A stretch of 63,873 nt of DNA, counting the filler. It is 5 parts of 5 records of this genome, joined end to end, with 100 filler letters (N's around TTAATTAATTAA, not from the genome) between each part and the next. Parts side by side here need not be neighbours in the genome. Positions count along the whole stretch, not along the records: positions 58,796 to 63,873 come from DRR723986_26719; 4 more parts are not named here. The stretch is one strand, 5' to 3'. A model generated the notes under the pieces. It was given only the letters and a program-made list of their open reading frames with translations, was not told where the DNA came from and ran no database searches. The position numbers and the translations under genes are program-made. The first letter of the stretch is position 1, and each line of letters begins with the position of its first letter. Below, piece by piece: positions 60,342-63,873 of this stretch.

Positions 60342-61352
60342 GTGACTCGCACCGCCCTGATCCTCTGCATCGTCCTGCTTCTGCCCGGCTGCGCCGCGCG
60401 CGGGGTCATGGCGGTTCTGCCCGGCGCCGGGGCGGAGGGCGCCGTGGTGCAGCCCGTCTACGTCGCCTCGAACCGTCGCCCGGCGGCAGAGACGCCGAAT
60501 CCGCTGGATGTGCTCTTCGGGCAGGAGTTCGGCGAAAGCCGCGATCCGACCCTGCGCTATGCCCGCGTCGATGTCTCCATCCCGCCGGTCCATGCGGAGG
60601 GGCGGATCGAATGGCCGGGGCCAGAGTCCCCGGACCCTGCCAACCACTTCGTCGCCACCGGGCAGACGCTTTTTGACGATCCGGCGCCGTTCCTCGACGC
60701 CCTCGCGCAAGACGGCGCGCGCGAGGTGGTGGTCTTCGTCCATGGCTTCAACGTCAACAACGCCGAGGCGGTCTTTCGGCTCGCCCAGATCGCCCATGAT
60801 TTCGAGGCGAAAACGCCGGTCATCGCCTATTCTTGGCCCTCGGCGGGCAGCCCGCGAGGCTATGTCTACGACCGCGACAGCGTGATCTTCTCGCGCGACG
60901 GGCTGGAGATGCTGCTGCGGATGCTGGCGCGGCGGGACCAGCGTGTGCTTCTGGTAGCGCATTCCATGGGCAGCCAGCTGGTGATGGAGACGCTGCGCCA
61001 GATCTCCATCGCGGGCGACCGGCGCACGCTGGGCCGGATCTCGGGCGTGGCGCTCATCAGCCCGGATATCGACGAGGACGTGTTCATCCGGCAGGCGGCG
61101 CGGATCCGGCCCTTTCCGCAGCCCTTCGCGCTGATGGTCTCTTCCGAGGATCAGGCGCTGAACCTCGCGGCCTTCCTGACCGGCCGACCCTCGCGGCTGG
61201 GGTCGATCGACGATCCCGAGCGGCTGAAGGGGCTTCCGGTGCAGGTGATCGACCTGTCGGCGTATCGCGGCTGGGACCGCTCGGGCCACAGCACGGCCTT
61301 CACCGCCCCGGCGGCGATCCACCTGATCAAGAGCCTTGGCGCCGGCGGGTAG
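60342..61352 (+). CDS. DUF900 alpha/beta-hydrolase lipoprotein
   Basis: lipobox LPGC after GTG 60342; VFVHGFN, YSWPS, YVYDRDS, AHSMG nucleophile elbow, SPDID. Confidence 0.88.
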   Translation: MTRTALILCIVLLLPGCAARGVMAVLPGAGAEGAVVQPVYVASNRRPAAETPNPLDVLFGQEFGESRDPTLRYARVDVSIPPVHAEGRIEWPGPESPDPANHFVATGQTLFDDPAPFLDALAQDGAREVVVFVHGFNVNNAEAVFRLAQIAHDFEAKTPVIAYSWPSAGSPRGYVYDRDSVIFSRDGLEMLLRMLARRDQRVLLVAHSMGSQLVMETLRQISIAGDRRTLGRISGVALISPDIDEDVFIRQAARIRPFPQPFALMVSSEDQALNLAAFLTGRPSRLGSIDDPERLKGLPVQVIDLSAYRGWDRSGHSTAFTAPAAIHLIKSLGAGG

Positions 61353-61418
61353 GGGCCGGACATCAACGCGATGTCCGGGACAAATTCCGGGGCGGAATTT
61401 TCCCGCCCCGCCGCGCGG

Positions 61419-62636
61419 TCACGCGTCTTCGTCGGAGGAGGGCTCTTCCGTGTCCAGCGCCGCGACGCCCGGCAGGACCTTGCCTTCCATCCATTCCAGA
61501 AAGGCGCCGCCCGCGGTCGAGATGTAGGAGAAATCCGACGCGGCCCCCGCCTTGTTCAGCGCGGCCACGGTGTCGCCGCCCCCCGCGACGGAGACCAGCT
61601 TGCCCTGCAGCGTCAGATCGGCGGCGTGCCGGGCCGCCGCATTGGTGGCCTTGTCGAAGGGCTCGATCTCGAAGGCGCCCAGCGGGCCGTTCCAGATCAG
61701 CGTCTTGGCCCGGTCGAAGGCCTGCGCCACATGGGCCACGCTGTCGGGGCCCGCGTCAAGGATCATCGCATCCGCCGGGCAGTCCTCGGCCGGGACCACC
61801 TCGCTTTCGGCGCCGGCCTTGAACTCGCGCGCCACGACGACGTCGCGGGGCAGAAGCACCTCGCAGCCGGCCTCTGCGGCCTTGGCGGCGATCTCTCGCG
61901 CGGTCTCGGCCATGTCATGCTCGCAGAGCGATTTGCCCACGTCCACGCCCTGCGCGGCGAGGAAGGTGTTGGCCATGCCGCCGCCGATCACGAGGATGTC
62001 CACCTTCTCGACGAGGTTGCCCAGCAGGTCGAGCTTGGTCGAGACCTTGGCCCCGCCCACGACCGCCACCACCGGGCGCTCGGGGTCGCCGAGCGCGCTT
62101 TCCAGCGCTTCGAGTTCCGCCTGCATCAGCCGCCCCGCGCAGGAGGGCAGCAGATGCGCCAGCCCCGTGGTCGAGGCATGGGCCCGGTGCGCCGCCGAGA
62201 AGGCATCGTTGCAGAAGACGTCGCCCAGCTCTGCCATGGCCTTGGCCAGCGCGTCGTCGTTCTTTTCCTCGCCCGCGTGGAAGCGGGTGTTTTCCAGCAG
62301 CGCAACCTGGTTCTCGCCGAGCGACTCGATCACCGCCTGTGCGGCGGGGCCGATGCAATCGGCGGCAAAGACCACGTCGACGCCCAGCACCGCCTCGAGC
62401 GCGGGGATCAGCGGTTGCAGGCTCATGTCGTCGCGGCGTTCGCCCTTGGGGCGGCCGAAATGCGCCAGCAGCACCGGCTTGCCGCCCTTGTCGAGGATGG
62501 TCTGCACGGTCGCCGCGATGCGCTCGATCCGGGTGGTGTCGGTGACGGTGCCGTTCTCGACCGGCACGTTGATGTCGACGCGGGTGAGGACCCGTTTGCC
62601 GTCGAGGTCCATGTCGTCGAGGGTCTTCCAGGTCAT
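61419..62636 (-). CDS. pgk: phosphoglycerate kinase
   Basis: [43 protein letters not shown]. Confidence 0.99.
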   Translation of the reverse strand: MTWKTLDDMDLDGKRVLTRVDINVPVENGTVTDTTRIERIAATVQTILDKGGKPVLLAHFGRPKGERRDDMSLQPLIPALEAVLGVDVVFAADCIGPAAQAVIESLGENQVALLENTRFHAGEEKNDDALAKAMAELGDVFCNDAFSAAHRAHASTTGLAHLLPSCAGRLMQAELEALESALGDPERPVVAVVGGAKVSTKLDLLGNLVEKVDILVIGGGMANTFLAAQGVDVGKSLCEHDMAETAREIAAKAAEAGCEVLLPRDVVVAREFKAGAESEVVPAEDCPADAMILDAGPDSVAHVAQAFDRAKTLIWNGPLGAFEIEPFDKATNAAARHAADLTLQGKLVSVAGGGDTVAALNKAGAASDFSYISTAGGAFLEWMEGKVLPGVAALDTEEPSSDEDA

Positions 62637-62758
62637 CGCGCTCTCCCGTCTGAGGTCTTGCCCTTGGTCTGCCCCGAAGTGCCGCGCGCGTCAACGCCGT
62701 CTTGGCAAGCGGGTCCACAGGGATTACCTGTGGCCCCGACATCCAGTGGGAGAGACAG

Positions 62759-63265
62759 ATGGCCGATATCAAGGACCCCGAGAACACGATCGTGATGGAG
62801 CTGAAGGACGGCACCGTCACCATCGAGCTGTTGCCCGACGTGGCACCGAAGCACGCCGCGCGCATGAAGGAGCTGGCCCGTGCCGGTGCCTATGACGGGG
62901 TGGTCTTTCACCGCGTGATCGACGGCTTCATGGCGCAGACCGGCGACGTCGAGCATGGCAATGCCGACAAGGAGTTCAACATCCGCCGCGCCGGCACCGG
63001 CGGGTCGGAGCTGCCGGACCTTCCGGCGGAGTTCTCGAAGCTGCCGCACGACCGCGGCACGCTGGGCGCCGCGCGCTCGCAGAACCCGAACTCGGCCAAC
63101 TCGCAGTTCTTCATCAACTTCAAGGACAACCACTTCCTGAACGGGCAGTACACGGTCTATGGCCGCGTGATCTCGGGCATGGAGCATGTAGATGCGATCA
63201 CCCGGGGCGAGCCGCCCGCGACCCCCGACAAGATGATCAGCGTCAAGGTGGCCGCCGATGCGTAA
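62759..63265 (+). CDS. cyclophilin-type peptidyl-prolyl isomerase (cytoplasmic)
   Basis: FHRVIDGFMAQTGD, ANSQFFI, FLNGQYTVYGRV; GGGAGA RBS. Confidence 0.95.
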   Translation: MADIKDPENTIVMELKDGTVTIELLPDVAPKHAARMKELARAGAYDGVVFHRVIDGFMAQTGDVEHGNADKEFNIRRAGTGGSELPDLPAEFSKLPHDRGTLGAARSQNPNSANSQFFINFKDNHFLNGQYTVYGRVISGMEHVDAITRGEPPATPDKMISVKVAADA

Positions 63266-63824
63266 CCTTCTGACCGCGACCGCCCTGACCCTGCTCGCCG
63301 GGCAGGCCGGGGCCACGGGGCTGGAGATCCTCGTCGCCGGCGAAGGCGGCGAAAAGGGCACCGTGACCATCGACCTGCTCGAGGACGTGGCCCCCAAGCA
63401 CGTGGAACAGATCACCGCGCTGGCCTCGGAAGGGGCCTATGACGGCGTGGTCTTCCACCGCGTGATCGAGGGTTTCATGGCCCAGACGGGCGACGTGCAA
63501 TATGGCGCGTCGGGCGCCGAGGGCTTCGACATGCGCCGCGCGGGCATGGGCGGCTCCGACCGGCCCGACCTTCCGGCGGAGTTCTCGGAGATCTCTTTCG
63601 ACCGGGGCGTCGTCGGCATGGCGCGCTCGCAGAACCCGAACTCGGGCAACTCGCAGTTCTTCATCATGTTCGAGCCGGGGCCCTTCCTGAACGGCCAGTA
63701 CACGGTCGTGGGCCGCGTCACGGACGGCATGGACGTGGTGGACCAGATCAAACGGGGCGAGGGCCGCAACGGCGAAGTCTCCGGCGAGCCGGACCGGATG
63801 GTCAGCGTCACCGTTACCGATTGA
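63258..63824 (+). CDS. cyclophilin-type peptidyl-prolyl isomerase (signal peptide, periplasmic)
   Basis: signal peptide; FHRVIEGFMAQTGD, NSQFFI; 8-nt overlap with the upstream paralog. Confidence 0.95.
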   Translation: MRNLLTATALTLLAGQAGATGLEILVAGEGGEKGTVTIDLLEDVAPKHVEQITALASEGAYDGVVFHRVIEGFMAQTGDVQYGASGAEGFDMRRAGMGGSDRPDLPAEFSEISFDRGVVGMARSQNPNSGNSQFFIMFEPGPFLNGQYTVVGRVTDGMDVVDQIKRGEGRNGEVSGEPDRMVSVTVTD

Positions 63825-63873
63825 CGGGCAGGGCCGATCCAGCGGTCCCGGCTGCGCCGGGGCAGGGGATCGG

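Noticed and set aside
59263..63811. Many long overlapping ORFs (e.g. 59708-60676, 60201-61322, 61371-62795, 61552-62895, 62633-63415)
   Set aside because: Antisense or alternate-frame shadows of real genes in very high-GC DNA; Arg/Pro/Ala-rich with no motifs.

Overview
This window is not one locus. It is five unrelated contigs joined by four identical artificial 100-nt linkers (N44-TTAATTAATTAA-N44 at 13772-13871, 21698-21797, 39991-40090, 58696-58795), so no synteny should be read across them. Taxonomic labels are inferred from gene content and composition. (1) 1-13771, marine alphaproteobacterium: degenerate HD-GYP protein, LexA-boxed mmcB, Hpt protein, CadC/TPR regulator, acyl-CoA synthetase, PD40-amidohydrolase, TolB-like protein, partial ABC ATPase. 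(2) 13872-21697, Rhodobacteraceae-like accessory or prophage fragment: phage ejection-like protein plus secreted cargo, including a TRAP DctP-RTX-DUF4214 fusion, an 8-Cys microprotein and a perfect CtrA box. (3) 21798-39990, Flavobacteriales (Crocinitomix/Cryomorphaceae-like): a self-contained sigma54 phosphorelay island, then moaA/mobA, a T9SS cargo protein, gldJ and a porP/sprF end. (4) 40091-58695, Flavobacteriaceae core: manA, queD, idi, a collapsed adhesin-OmpA chimera, prfC, and the tuf-secE-nusG-rplKAJL-rpoBC cluster with tRNAs. (5) 58796-63873, high-GC Rhodobacteraceae core: pdhA, ftsB, pgk, tandem cyclophilins, and a small REP-like triplet. The best candidates for undescribed biology are the sigma54 island, where two promoters carry the same twin TTCAAWTTGAA palindromes 20 bp apart, and the RTX/DUF4214-tethered TRAP binding protein. 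All family assignments come from motif recognition; no database searches were run.
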